A stretch of 64,000 nt of DNA. It comes from a virus (Duplodnaviria; Caudoviricetes). The notes beneath the pieces are model-generated. The model was not told where the DNA came from and did not search any database. It saw nothing but the letters and a program-made list of their open reading frames with translations. This document shows positions 8,952 to 17,158 of the stretch, one piece after another. How positions within the stretch are numbered: the stretch's first letter is position 1; each line of letters begins with the position of its first letter. A program made the translations under genes and the position numbers. Location of the stretch: positions 1-64,000 of the IMG/VR virus record IMGVR_UViG_3300020112_000204. One strand, written 5' to 3'.

Positions 8952-9949
8952 ATAATGAACCCTTTCTTATACATAGCCTCTATCATATTCCAAACTACGA
9001 CTTTGCTGTCATAGAGCCTATTCCCATCTGAGCAGAACCCAAGCTCACCCACTTGAGCCGTGTCCATAGCTCTGAGCAAATCCTTTCCAGAGAAAGGCTC
9101 GTACATATTAGTCTCAAGCATATACTCGGGAAAGCACATCATACTCGGGGCTACTACCCTACACCCTGCAAGTGCTCCCTCCACCATACTAAGGCTCAGG
9201 GTATCATATAGGGAAGTCGTTAGGACATACTCACAATGTCCAAGTGTGTCATAGTAGTCAGCCTTAGTCTTGTTGTACTTCATTAACACTCCCATTTGCT
9301 TTGCTTGTTCAACATAGTCACTAAGCAGTTCAAAGTCTCCAGTCTTAGCACCGTAGCACCATATTACGGAATACCCTTTATCAATGAGCAATCGGCAAAA
9401 CCATAGGGCTATAGGCAAGTTCTTTTCCATGCTGAATCTCTGGCTAATTACTACTGATTTACTGACAAACTCGGAGTGACTGGGGAGCTTGTAACTGTAC
9501 AAGTCTAAGTCGAGTGGGAACCCTGTAACTACAGCCTTGTCCTTATGGGTCATAAAGCTTTTCTGATACTCACTGTTGCAGAACAAAAGGTCATATACAT
9601 CTTCATACTTAGCTTCTATCACCTCAGGCTTATCCTCAAAAACCTGTGCATTGTGAATATACGAGGGCTCAAGCCACATAGTCTTGGTACCATGTGCATG
9701 GGCTACCAGCTTTAAGTCAGGTCTCCTTTTTCTAAGGATGCCCGCAAACTCGTTCTCGTAAACCGTAAACCACACTATGCTATTCTCGGGCAGAGCTAAT
9801 AGCTCTTTCATTAACTCATTAGAGAACTTATTAGACAACTCCTTATGGCTGATGCACATACCACTGAGACCTCTATGAACTCCATCAAGGTAATCTCTAA
9901 CCCAGCTACCTTGGCTTTCTTCTCCCCATGGGTTTACAATATAAATCAT
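8948..9949 (-). CDS. GT-B fold glycosyltransferase (GT4-like)
   Basis: AHAHG, LFCNSEYQK, VTGFP, ISQRFSMEKN, TSLYDTLSLSMVEGALAGCRVVAP. Confidence 0.78.
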   Translation of the reverse strand: MIYIVNPWGEESQGSWVRDYLDGVHRGLSGMCISHKELSNKFSNELMKELLALPENSIVWFTVYENEFAGILRKRRPDLKLVAHAHGTKTMWLEPSYIHNAQVFEDKPEVIEAKYEDVYDLLFCNSEYQKSFMTHKDKAVVTGFPLDLDLYSYKLPSHSEFVSKSVVISQRFSMEKNLPIALWFCRLLIDKGYSVIWCYGAKTGDFELLSDYVEQAKQMGVLMKYNKTKADYYDTLGHCEYVLTTSLYDTLSLSMVEGALAGCRVVAPSMMCFPEYMLETNMYEPFSGKDLLRAMDTAQVGELGFCSDGNRLYDSKVVVWNMIEAMYKKGFII

Positions 9950-9959
9950 AGGCTACCTC

Positions 9960-10487
9960 CTATTTTACACCCTCAGGCAAAACACTGTACTTTTCTTTAC
10001 CATCTAAAAAATCCTTCAAGGTCTGTTCCCAACTCTCGAACCTATACCCCTTGTCATCAATGTAGGCAACTGCGGAGGGCTTGAGTCCTAACTGAACCTC
10101 TTCGATGTAGTTCTCAAGGTGATTTTCTCTAATCCATACCATTGTCTTTCTCAGGTCGGACTTCCATCGAGAGGAGGACAAAACTATTCGGTACTCTTTA
10201 CAAAGTTCACTTAGAGCCTCTTTCGCACCCTCTACCAAAGTGCAATTCTCATACGCCCATCCAGCCTCTTCACTGTACACATCTTTAACTGTGCCTGTGG
10301 CTATAACCCCATCTATATCTATTACCAATGTCGGTTTTCTCTTCTTTCGCATATCCTTTATCACCTCACAGTTGTAGCACTCTGGCGAAAGCGTTCCCCT
10401 CTCAAAATACCAACACTCGGAACAATCCTGTATCATGTCTCCTCCTAATACAAAAGGGTAGCCAGTACTGGACTGACTACCCATCAA
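9960..10487 (-). CDS. HAD-superfamily phosphatase (resembles capsule-biosynthesis EcbF/BcbF type)
   Basis: VIDIDGVI motif I, IVLSSSR motif II, KP...YIDDK motifs III/IV. Confidence 0.8.
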   Translation of the reverse strand: MMGSQSSTGYPFVLGGDMIQDCSECWYFERGTLSPECYNCEVIKDMRKKRKPTLVIDIDGVIATGTVKDVYSEEAGWAYENCTLVEGAKEALSELCKEYRIVLSSSRWKSDLRKTMVWIRENHLENYIEEVQLGLKPSAVAYIDDKGYRFESWEQTLKDFLDGKEKYSVLPEGVK

Positions 10488-10489
10488 TA

Positions 10490-11035
10490 CTACTTTGTTG
10501 ACTCAAGCAGATTAAGAAACTCCTGCTTATCAATCTTACCCTTAATGGCACAAGTAACTGTTGGGCAGTTTGACTTCTTGACACCACGGCTCTCCACACA
10601 CATATGACGAGCCTTTGCCATAACAATCAATCCCTCAGGCTGAATACCCTCGAACAGATAATCAGCAATCTCCTGTGTCAGTCTCTCCTGAAGCTGAGGC
10701 TTTCTAGCAAAGTACTCAACAGTTCTACCCATCTTGCTAAGACCTACAACCTTTCCATTAGGGAGATACCCTATGGATACCGTACCAAAGAAGGTCGCTA
10801 GGTGATGCTCACACAATGAGTAAAACGGTATATCCTTTACAATAATCATCTGGTCGTAACCAGCGTCATTTGTGAATACCTTAAGTGCAGGAGGCTCTTT
10901 CTGAAGTGAGCCACAGATTTCTTGGAACATCCTAGCTACTCGGCTTGGAGTTTCAACAAGACCCTCTCTGTCAGGGTCTTCCCCAATTTCCTCGAGAATT
11001 ACTCGGATAGCGTGTTCCACCCTTGTCATATTCAT
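10490..11035 (-). CDS. folE: GTP cyclohydrolase I
   Basis: REGLVETPSRVA, SLCEHHL, PQLQERLT, HMCVESRG. Confidence 0.95.
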   Translation of the reverse strand: MNMTRVEHAIRVILEEIGEDPDREGLVETPSRVARMFQEICGSLQKEPPALKVFTNDAGYDQMIIVKDIPFYSLCEHHLATFFGTVSIGYLPNGKVVGLSKMGRTVEYFARKPQLQERLTQEIADYLFEGIQPEGLIVMAKARHMCVESRGVKKSNCPTVTCAIKGKIDKQEFLNLLESTK

Positions 11036-11047
11036 CAGGACTCCTCC

Positions 11048-11368
11048 TTACATTTCTCCATGACCTGTTTCGAGGGCATCCTTAAGGGCTTGGATTTTCC
11101 TATCGCACTCTGCAATTCCGTCCGCTGCCTGACTCAGGAACTGAAAAGCCTTGTCACGCTCATTTGAGAGTCTATTCTTCTCATTCTCGATGTCGGTCAT
11201 TCTTTTCTTAATGTCTGCCTTTGTCAGTCTCTCCTCAAGATGACGGGACAGAACATACTCATTATTCTCTCGCTCAATTATGAGCTTATCACAAGTCACA
11301 GTATCAGAGGGCATTTTCAGCACCTCCTGAACAGAAGCTGATATCGAGTACTCTCTGACACTTTTCAA
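11048..11368 (-). CDS. hypothetical coiled-coil protein within the modification cluster
   Basis: ORF; heptad-like C-terminus. Confidence 0.65.
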   Translation of the reverse strand: MKSVREYSISASVQEVLKMPSDTVTCDKLIIERENNEYVLSRHLEERLTKADIKKRMTDIENEKNRLSNERDKAFQFLSQAADGIAECDRKIQALKDALETGHGEM

Positions 11369-11558
11369 TAGAAGCTCTTCTGTACTTAACTATCTCATCA
11401 TCGAGGTTCTTCGTTACGATATAGCCTTTATCAAATCCTACAAAAGTCGTGAGCACAAACTGTGTTCCAACCTTAAGGAGAACCTTATCACCTGAACAAA
11501 GCTCCTGTCCGTCAGAGGCTACAACACTCTCTGTTACTGTTCTTTTAATCTCTACCAT
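11304..11558 (-). CDS. hypothetical protein within the modification cluster
   Basis: ORF with GGAG RBS. Confidence 0.65.
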   Translation of the reverse strand: MVEIKRTVTESVVASDGQELCSGDKVLLKVGTQFVLTTFVGFDKGYIVTKNLDDEIVKYRRASIEKCQRVLDISFCSGGAENAL

Positions 11559-11571
11559 GTCTTTACTCCTC

Positions 11572-12252
11572 TCATTTTACATTAACCATTTTATGAATCT
11601 GGGGCAGAAAACGAGTTTCAAACCCAAGGTCAATACCACCTGTTTCATCGAGGTAGTACTCAAGCATTTTCTGATATCCCGAATCCTCAACAGTGCCAGC
11701 CTCAGGCTGGAATATGAGCACAGTGTCCTTATCAAACGCATAATCGCTCATATACAGAAGAGCCTCGTGCATATCCTGCTCGTTAGCAATTACGAACTTA
11801 ACCTGAACCTTAGTCAGATTAGACCATTCAGCCGTATGAGTGTACTCAGCAGAAACTTTGTTCTTAGCTGAGCCAAGCTTAGGGCTAATAGCCATAAGGT
11901 CGAACATGAGCCTAGGTGCACCGAACTTAGTCGGAGCTATAGTGCCATTAGTCTCAACTGCTACCTTATAGCCCATACCTCTAAGGCTGATACAAAGGCT
12001 CTCGAGTTCCTCACCATTCTGAATCAGGGGCTCGCCACCAGTTAAGATGACATACCCGATACCTTGATGCTCCTTGACTTTTTCGATAAGCTCGATAGAG
12101 TCACATTCAAAAGCTACTGTGTTCCATTCTGTGTCACACCATTCACAGTTCAAGTTGCAACCCGCAAACCTGATGAACAAACACCTCATACCTACATCGA
12201 TGCCCTCTCCCTGAACGGAAACGAACATATCATTTACCTTAAACTTCTGCAT
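11572..12252 (-). CDS. queE: 7-carboxy-7-deazaguanine synthase (radical SAM)
   Basis: SVQGEG, RFAGCNLNCEWCDT (CX3CX2C), LTGGEP, ETNGT, PQIHK. Confidence 0.95.
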   Translation of the reverse strand: MQKFKVNDMFVSVQGEGIDVGMRCLFIRFAGCNLNCEWCDTEWNTVAFECDSIELIEKVKEHQGIGYVILTGGEPLIQNGEELESLCISLRGMGYKVAVETNGTIAPTKFGAPRLMFDLMAISPKLGSAKNKVSAEYTHTAEWSNLTKVQVKFVIANEQDMHEALLYMSDYAFDKDTVLIFQPEAGTVEDSGYQKMLEYYLDETGGIDLGFETRFLPQIHKMVNVK

Positions 12253-12264
12253 CTTACTGCCTCC

Positions 12265-12645
12265 TTAGTACTCGAGTACTATGCTATTATTCGGGGTCTC
12301 AAACAACTCAATCCGCTTAAGACGGGGATTTCCCTGCTTACCTACTAGAGCTTTGGAAATCTCCTCTGCAAGATACTGGACGATATTCTCGGCTGAGGGA
12401 CTAAGGAAGCCAAAGTCTACTACATCCTCATTAAGGTACTTATGGTCAAGACCATTGATGATATCCTTGAGGACATTGAAGTCAACCGAGATTCCATCAT
12501 CTAGGTACCTCATAGTGCCGATAGCTATATCCACCTTGACTGTCCATCTATGCCCGTGCAGATGACTGCACTTACCCTGATACTCGTATAGACGGTGGGC
12601 TGAATCAAAAGCACCCTCCCAGTGCAGGGTCATACTACCTTCCAT
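12265..12645 (-). CDS. queD: 6-carboxytetrahydropterin synthase
   Basis: FDSAHRL, CSHLHGH, LDHKYLN, SAENI, ETPN. Confidence 0.95.
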   Translation of the reverse strand: MEGSMTLHWEGAFDSAHRLYEYQGKCSHLHGHRWTVKVDIAIGTMRYLDDGISVDFNVLKDIINGLDHKYLNEDVVDFGFLSPSAENIVQYLAEEISKALVGKQGNPRLKRIELFETPNNSIVLEY

Positions 12646-12731
12646 TACTTCTTTGCTCCTTTGCCTTTACCTTTCTTTTTACCAGTGCCAGTGCTTCCAC
12701 CGCCACCACAGCCTTTCTTTCCACAAGACAT
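12645..12731 (-). CDS. 28-aa Gly/Lys-rich basic peptide MSCGKKGCGGGGSTGTGKKKGKGKGAKK
   Basis: GGAGGT RBS 7 nt upstream; stop overlaps queD start (TAATG). Confidence 0.7.
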   Translation of the reverse strand: MSCGKKGCGGGGSTGTGKKKGKGKGAKK

Positions 12732-12746
12732 ACATAACACCTCCTC

Positions 12747-13046
12747 TTATCTAACAACGATTGTAAACTTCATAGCAGTCTTCTGTTCATTATCAATAAT
12801 GACATCTTCAAAGCCAACTCTAACCAAAAGGTCTGCTCCAGACTGGGCAGAGAAACTTCTTGCTATGGCGACTGCTTTCATAGCCTGATTTACCGCTCCT
12901 GCTCCGATAGCACTAACAGACACATCCTTACCCTCTTGGATATTCTTAGCTATAGAACCTCCTACTGAGTGAGGATTACTGCCACCTGCTACTTTAAGCA
13001 CAACCGACTGTCTATCATTCATAAAGTCACCTCCATCTAGCATCAT
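12747..13046 (-). CDS. spoVS: stage V sporulation protein S (Alba-like)
   Basis: LKVA..SNP.SVGGSIA...AIGAGAVNQAMKAVAIAR..GF. Confidence 0.9.
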   Translation of the reverse strand: MMLDGGDFMNDRQSVVLKVAGGSNPHSVGGSIAKNIQEGKDVSVSAIGAGAVNQAMKAVAIARSFSAQSGADLLVRVGFEDVIIDNEQKTAMKFTIVVR

Positions 13047-13047
13047 G

Positions 13048-13575
13048 CTACTTTTCTATAATCTTATTCCTATCTACTAGGTCTAGGAAATCGGACAAAC
13101 GCAAGAAAACGAAGTCACAAGCTTCTTGGACTCTCTTACCATCCTTATTCTCCTGACCTTGGTGCATTATGACTACTGGATACTTACCTTTTGGACAATC
13201 CTCTGAGGCTTGTCTCCACCACTCTTTTATGCTCCAAGTCTTGTGGTTCTTACACTCTATATGCAAGTTGAACTTAATCGAGTCATCTAGCGAGTTTAAG
13301 TCTCCCTTAACTGGGTTCAGGTTCTTGCTCTTAGCAAACCCACCACTAAGTGGAGTCCTCTCAAGGTCGATACCCAGAGTACTCTTAAATACCTTCTTTA
13401 TCGCCCTCTCATAGTTCGCACCCTTGTTCTTGCTACTTCTACCTCGCTTAGACTGAGCAATCTTAGCCGTCAGTTCACTGCATTTCTTCTCATAGAACTG
13501 AGGGTCTAACTCGCTTTTCATAGCCGTGAGCTGTTGCAGTTCAATCTCAGCCTGTGATTTTCGTTTTCTTGCCAT
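13048..13575 (-). CDS. Holliday junction resolvase (Hjc-like PD-(D/E)xK)
   Basis: SKNKGANYERAI, RTPLSGG, GDL, IECKN. Confidence 0.75.
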   Translation of the reverse strand: MARKRKSQAEIELQQLTAMKSELDPQFYEKKCSELTAKIAQSKRGRSSKNKGANYERAIKKVFKSTLGIDLERTPLSGGFAKSKNLNPVKGDLNSLDDSIKFNLHIECKNHKTWSIKEWWRQASEDCPKGKYPVVIMHQGQENKDGKRVQEACDFVFLRLSDFLDLVDRNKIIEK

Positions 13576-13583
13576 ATTGCCTC

Positions 13584-14150
13584 CTACCGATTATAAATGC
13601 TTTCTCCGTAGCTTTCAGCTCTAAAGGTGTTGGCTCTTCGGGTTATTTCTCTAGAAACTGCGTTCAGCATCTTATCATAGCCTGAAACCATAGCCCTGAC
13701 CATCTTCAAAGTGGACTGTTTCTCAAGCTCGTCCTTACGCAAATCTCTGATATAACCCAGCCTCTGAACTGCACCATATCGTAAGTCGTCATTCTTCTGG
13801 CTATCCTTGGGCAATCGAATGATTTCATACCTTTCAGCGAAGGTAGCTACTCTGTCTGCCACAGTCCAGTCTATGTCAGCATTTGCAACTACACCCTCTC
13901 CGTATGAACTCATTCCTGTAAAGATAGTCAGATACATACCTAACTCATCATCCGTCACTGCGGTTAAATCGTTGGGCAACATCAGATGACCTGTATCATC
14001 TAATAGCTCCTCTGGAATATTCGGCTGTGCTGGAAACAGTAACCCTGCCTTTAGTACTTTTGCTTTTGCTTCTTCCCTATACTTAAAGGACTTTACATCC
14101 TCTACCTCTTTAGGTACAAAGCCTACAGTTCTTTCTTCTGTGTCTGGCAT
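13584..14150 (-). CDS. hypothetical helical protein (possible recombination mediator)
   Basis: ORF; coiled-coil character; function is a guess. Confidence 0.6.
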   Translation of the reverse strand: MPDTEERTVGFVPKEVEDVKSFKYREEAKAKVLKAGLLFPAQPNIPEELLDDTGHLMLPNDLTAVTDDELGMYLTIFTGMSSYGEGVVANADIDWTVADRVATFAERYEIIRLPKDSQKNDDLRYGAVQRLGYIRDLRKDELEKQSTLKMVRAMVSGYDKMLNAVSREITRRANTFRAESYGESIYNR

Positions 14151-14170
14151 ATTTCCACCTCCTAATTACA

Positions 14171-14491
14171 TTACTGGAGAGCCTGAGCCATCATATCAAT
14201 GGGGATGCCACCCTTGTAGAGTCTGATAAAGTCCACAGCGGGGACTTCGTCTTCTTTGAGCATACCCTTTTCAATCAGAGAGTCATAGTAGTATCGGTAC
14301 ACAGTATCCTCGGGTTCAGATACTACCACCACTTTCTTAGCCTCGTTTTCAAATACGGCTTTAACTGCACCATTAGCCTTAAAGGTCAGCTCTTTAGTCG
14401 TGAAATCCTCAAGCTTATGGTCAGCACGGATTCTAAGCTCCGCAGACTCAGCAAGCTTCTTGTCAAACAGTCTCTTATCAAGGTCTTCCAT
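14171..14491 (-). CDS. hypothetical protein
   Basis: ORF with AGGAG RBS. Confidence 0.7.
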   Translation of the reverse strand: MEDLDKRLFDKKLAESAELRIRADHKLEDFTTKELTFKANGAVKAVFENEAKKVVVVSEPEDTVYRYYYDSLIEKGMLKEDEVPAVDFIRLYKGGIPIDMMAQALQ

Positions 14492-14494
14492 AAC

Positions 14495-14665
14495 TTACTC
14501 CTTTTCCATAATGAATTCCTTAGTGCTGATTACATTAACACAATCAGCACCTGTGGCTTCCTTAACAGCCTCTTTGATACGCTTTGCCTCTTCTTCCTTG
14601 GTCTCGCTCTCGAGGTAGCTTATGCAGGTAACTTCAACATTGTGAATACGAGTTATCTCAACCAT
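14495..14665 (-). CDS. small hypothetical protein (56 aa, MVEITRIHNVEV...)
   Basis: Manually translated; start overlaps the csp stop (TGATG). Confidence 0.65.
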   Translation of the reverse strand: MVEITRIHNVEVTCISYLESETKEEEAKRIKEAVKEATGADCVNVISTKEFIMEKE

Positions 14666-14862
14666 CACAGTACCTCCACATTGATAGCCTTAACACCCTT
14701 CTTGTCCACATCAGTACTAAATCGTACCTCGTCACCCTCGTGCAGAGTCTTGAATCCATTCGTCAGGATTGCGGAGAAATGAACAAAGTACTCCTTCTTG
14801 TCATCGCCAAGGATAAATCCATAGCCTTTCTTGGGGTCAAACCATTTTACAGTTCCGTGCAT
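14665..14862 (-). CDS. cold-shock domain protein
   Basis: GTVKWFDPKKGYGFI (RNP1) and YFVHFS (RNP2). Confidence 0.93.
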   Translation of the reverse strand: MHGTVKWFDPKKGYGFILGDDKKEYFVHFSAILTNGFKTLHEGDEVRFSTDVDKKGVKAINVEVL

Positions 14863-14867
14863 TTTCT

Positions 14868-15524
14868 TTACTCCTTTTCAAATTTGAATACAACGGGCAT
14901 CTTATCCTCTAATTCAGCCAGAAGCTTTCCAGCAACCTCCTTAATCTGAGGGTGAGCTCTCCCCGTTTTGTCCAGAGCTCTTAATTCAAAGAAATGTCTC
15001 CATTCCCTTAAATTCATTGTAACAATAATCTCAGTCTTGAGACTATTAGGCAGAACACCACGAGCAATCTCAGGCTTTACACCAAGAGCTATGAGTCTAT
15101 TGTACTCAACCTCTGCTGATGCACAAGCATTATACCATGCCCAGTACTCGTCTGTACCCTCTACAAGCATAAAGGGCTTTATTACAGTAATCTCTCCACC
15201 GAACTTGCCCTGAGTGTAGTTACAGTAACGAGTGCTCTCCTGAGCGTAGGAAGCTATCCTATGGCGAACTATCTCGTGACTAACTCCTCTATCACAAGTG
15301 AACTTAACTGTAAGGCTGCTATGCTCAACCATAGCTAGATGACCCCTCTGGATGAGACCAGACACAAAGGACTTGTAGCTATTATCCTTAATCATACCCT
15401 CGGACTTATAGCAAGTTCTACCTACCTTTTCTATATGCCTCTGCATACACTCAAAGTACTGTTCATTGGTCATATAGTCACTAAATGGATTCATTATCTC
15501 ATAACTAGCATCTACTATCTTCAT
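14868..15524 (-). CDS. thyX: flavin-dependent thymidylate synthase
   Basis: GHLAMVEH, RGVSHEIVRHR..SYAQESTRY, NLREWRHF.ELR, AHPQI. Confidence 0.95.
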   Translation of the reverse strand: MKIVDASYEIMNPFSDYMTNEQYFECMQRHIEKVGRTCYKSEGMIKDNSYKSFVSGLIQRGHLAMVEHSSLTVKFTCDRGVSHEIVRHRIASYAQESTRYCNYTQGKFGGEITVIKPFMLVEGTDEYWAWYNACASAEVEYNRLIALGVKPEIARGVLPNSLKTEIIVTMNLREWRHFFELRALDKTGRAHPQIKEVAGKLLAELEDKMPVVFKFEKE

Positions 15525-15690
15525 TTACTCTTTCACCATCATTATTAAACCTTTCTAAATCCAGACCCGCAAGCAAAGCTAAAACTTCATCCATAGTCAA
15601 CCCTGAAGACTTACCTCTTGAGGACACTACAGTATATGTGCCAGACAACGGGTCACTAGTCACTCGTATCTCATAATTTGCTTGGCTCAC
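15505..15690 (-). CDS. hypothetical protein
   Basis: Short ORF coupled to both neighbours. Confidence 0.55.
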   Translation of the reverse strand: MSQANYEIRVTSDPLSGTYTVVSSRGKSSGLTMDEVLALLAGLDLERFNNDGERVNEDSRC

Positions 15691-16130
15691 CTTATGTCAC
15701 CACACTGTGTCTTGGGCAAATTGTCTTCTTTCCACCTAGACACTATTCTATCCTTAAGACTAGTGCTACTCATTGAGTGGTTTCTAGACAGAAAGTACAC
15801 CTCCTTACCTAGAGCCCTTTCGATGCTTTTACCATCCCAATCCCTGTCAATGTAGTCGGAGCCTACAAATCGAATGTCATAATCTAGGCTACTAACCAAA
15901 GTCTCCATATCAGACCTACCAGCATAGGGTATAATCTTATCTGCGTACATAACTCCATCTAGCTGAATAAATCTCTCATACACAGACTGAATGGGTTCCT
16001 TGCCATCAGGAGCACAGTTCATTCCTACAATGAGGAAGTCACAATTATCTTTAGCTTCTTTCATAGCAAGAATATGCCCTGCGTGTAGGCAGTCACCTAC
16101 AATCGGATAAAAGCCTATCTTAAGTTTCAT
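15687..16130 (-). CDS. cytidylyltransferase, TagD-like (glycerol-3-phosphate cytidylyltransferase family)
   Basis: DCLHAGH (HxGH), LIVG, ER, GSDY, SRNHSMSSTSLK (RTxGISTT-like). Confidence 0.8.
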   Translation of the reverse strand: MKLKIGFYPIVGDCLHAGHILAMKEAKDNCDFLIVGMNCAPDGKEPIQSVYERFIQLDGVMYADKIIPYAGRSDMETLVSSLDYDIRFVGSDYIDRDWDGKSIERALGKEVYFLSRNHSMSSTSLKDRIVSRWKEDNLPKTQCGDIR

Positions 16131-17106
16131 TCTTACCTCCTAGAGCTTCACTAACAGTCCATTCTTCTACTTGAGCATCTCCAAGCTTACTACAAACATC
16201 CTTGTAACCACACCATCTACAGTCACAACCCACCGGCTTCTCTGGAATTACATTCTGGGCAAGGCATACATTGAGCTTGTTCAATTTCTCAACCTGTGGG
16301 GATACATACAGCTCGTACATAAGCTTCATAGGATACTCTTTCAATTCCTGAGTATTCTTAGACATATACAGAACCAAACAGTCCTCGCATCTATAACCCA
16401 GCTCCTCAGCCTTTTTACTAAGAACCCAAGTGTAATACTGAACCTGCCATCTGTGGTCATCTTTAGGCTGAGTCAGGTCGTCATAGGTAACTGCTCTGGG
16501 GCTAGTCTTAGCATCCCTGTTCTTAATGGACTTAAACTCAGCTACCCTGTACACTCCTAGGGTCTTAATCAAAGCGTCTGCGTGACCTTTTACATTGTTT
16601 TCATCATCTTCTATGGGCACTTCAAGATAGTCGAGGTTACTCCAGATGTACAGCTTCTTACCACAATGAGGGCAAACTCTAGGGCTGGGGTTCTCAAAGA
16701 GGTCTGTCCATCTCTCACCGCACTCTTTGCATCTCCACTCACCATACAGTATTCCCATATCATATAGGTACTCCTGCAAGATATACCCGAAATGGTGACC
16801 CACATCAAAAATTCTCTTACCCTGAGAAGAGGGCTTATCTTTGCTAGGAACTCCTACTCTCTGTAAAAACAAAGAACGAATACATCCTGACAGTGAAGAG
16901 GGGTGCCAGCACCCTTGCTCTCTATCGTCCTTGACATATCCTGAACCCTTTGAGGGCTTAAGCAGGTATCTATCAAGTTCTCCTATCAGAACTGTATCCG
17001 CTTTCATAGTCTTAAGCACATCTTTTAATGACATTGTATCTACTCCTTTTTCATTAACCATATCTACTAATCTTCTGTGTACAAGGGCTACACTGGGAGA
17101 CATCAC
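16120..17106 (-). CDS. Cas4-like PD-(D/E)xK exonuclease with Zn-ribbon insertion
   Basis: HPSSLSGC, GHAD, EFKS, QVQYY, C-terminal CRWCGYKDVC; no other cas genes present. Confidence 0.75.
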   Translation of the reverse strand: MMSPSVALVHRRLVDMVNEKGVDTMSLKDVLKTMKADTVLIGELDRYLLKPSKGSGYVKDDREQGCWHPSSLSGCIRSLFLQRVGVPSKDKPSSQGKRIFDVGHHFGYILQEYLYDMGILYGEWRCKECGERWTDLFENPSPRVCPHCGKKLYIWSNLDYLEVPIEDDENNVKGHADALIKTLGVYRVAEFKSIKNRDAKTSPRAVTYDDLTQPKDDHRWQVQYYTWVLSKKAEELGYRCEDCLVLYMSKNTQELKEYPMKLMYELYVSPQVEKLNKLNVCLAQNVIPEKPVGCDCRWCGYKDVCSKLGDAQVEEWTVSEALGGKNET

Positions 17107-17158
17107 TCCCAGTGCTTTGCCCTTACAAGTATCATTGTACTACTACTTGGTACAAGTG

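Noticed and set aside
3813-12645. Auxiliary queuosine tRNA-modification or folate pathway
   Set aside because: The TGT-fold protein has DpdA-type motifs and a non-TGT C-terminus; queA/queG/queF, folate genes and tRNAs are absent. DNA modification fits better.
16120-17106. CRISPR-Cas locus
   Set aside because: Cas4-like gene only; no cas1/cas2 and no repeat-spacer array seen.
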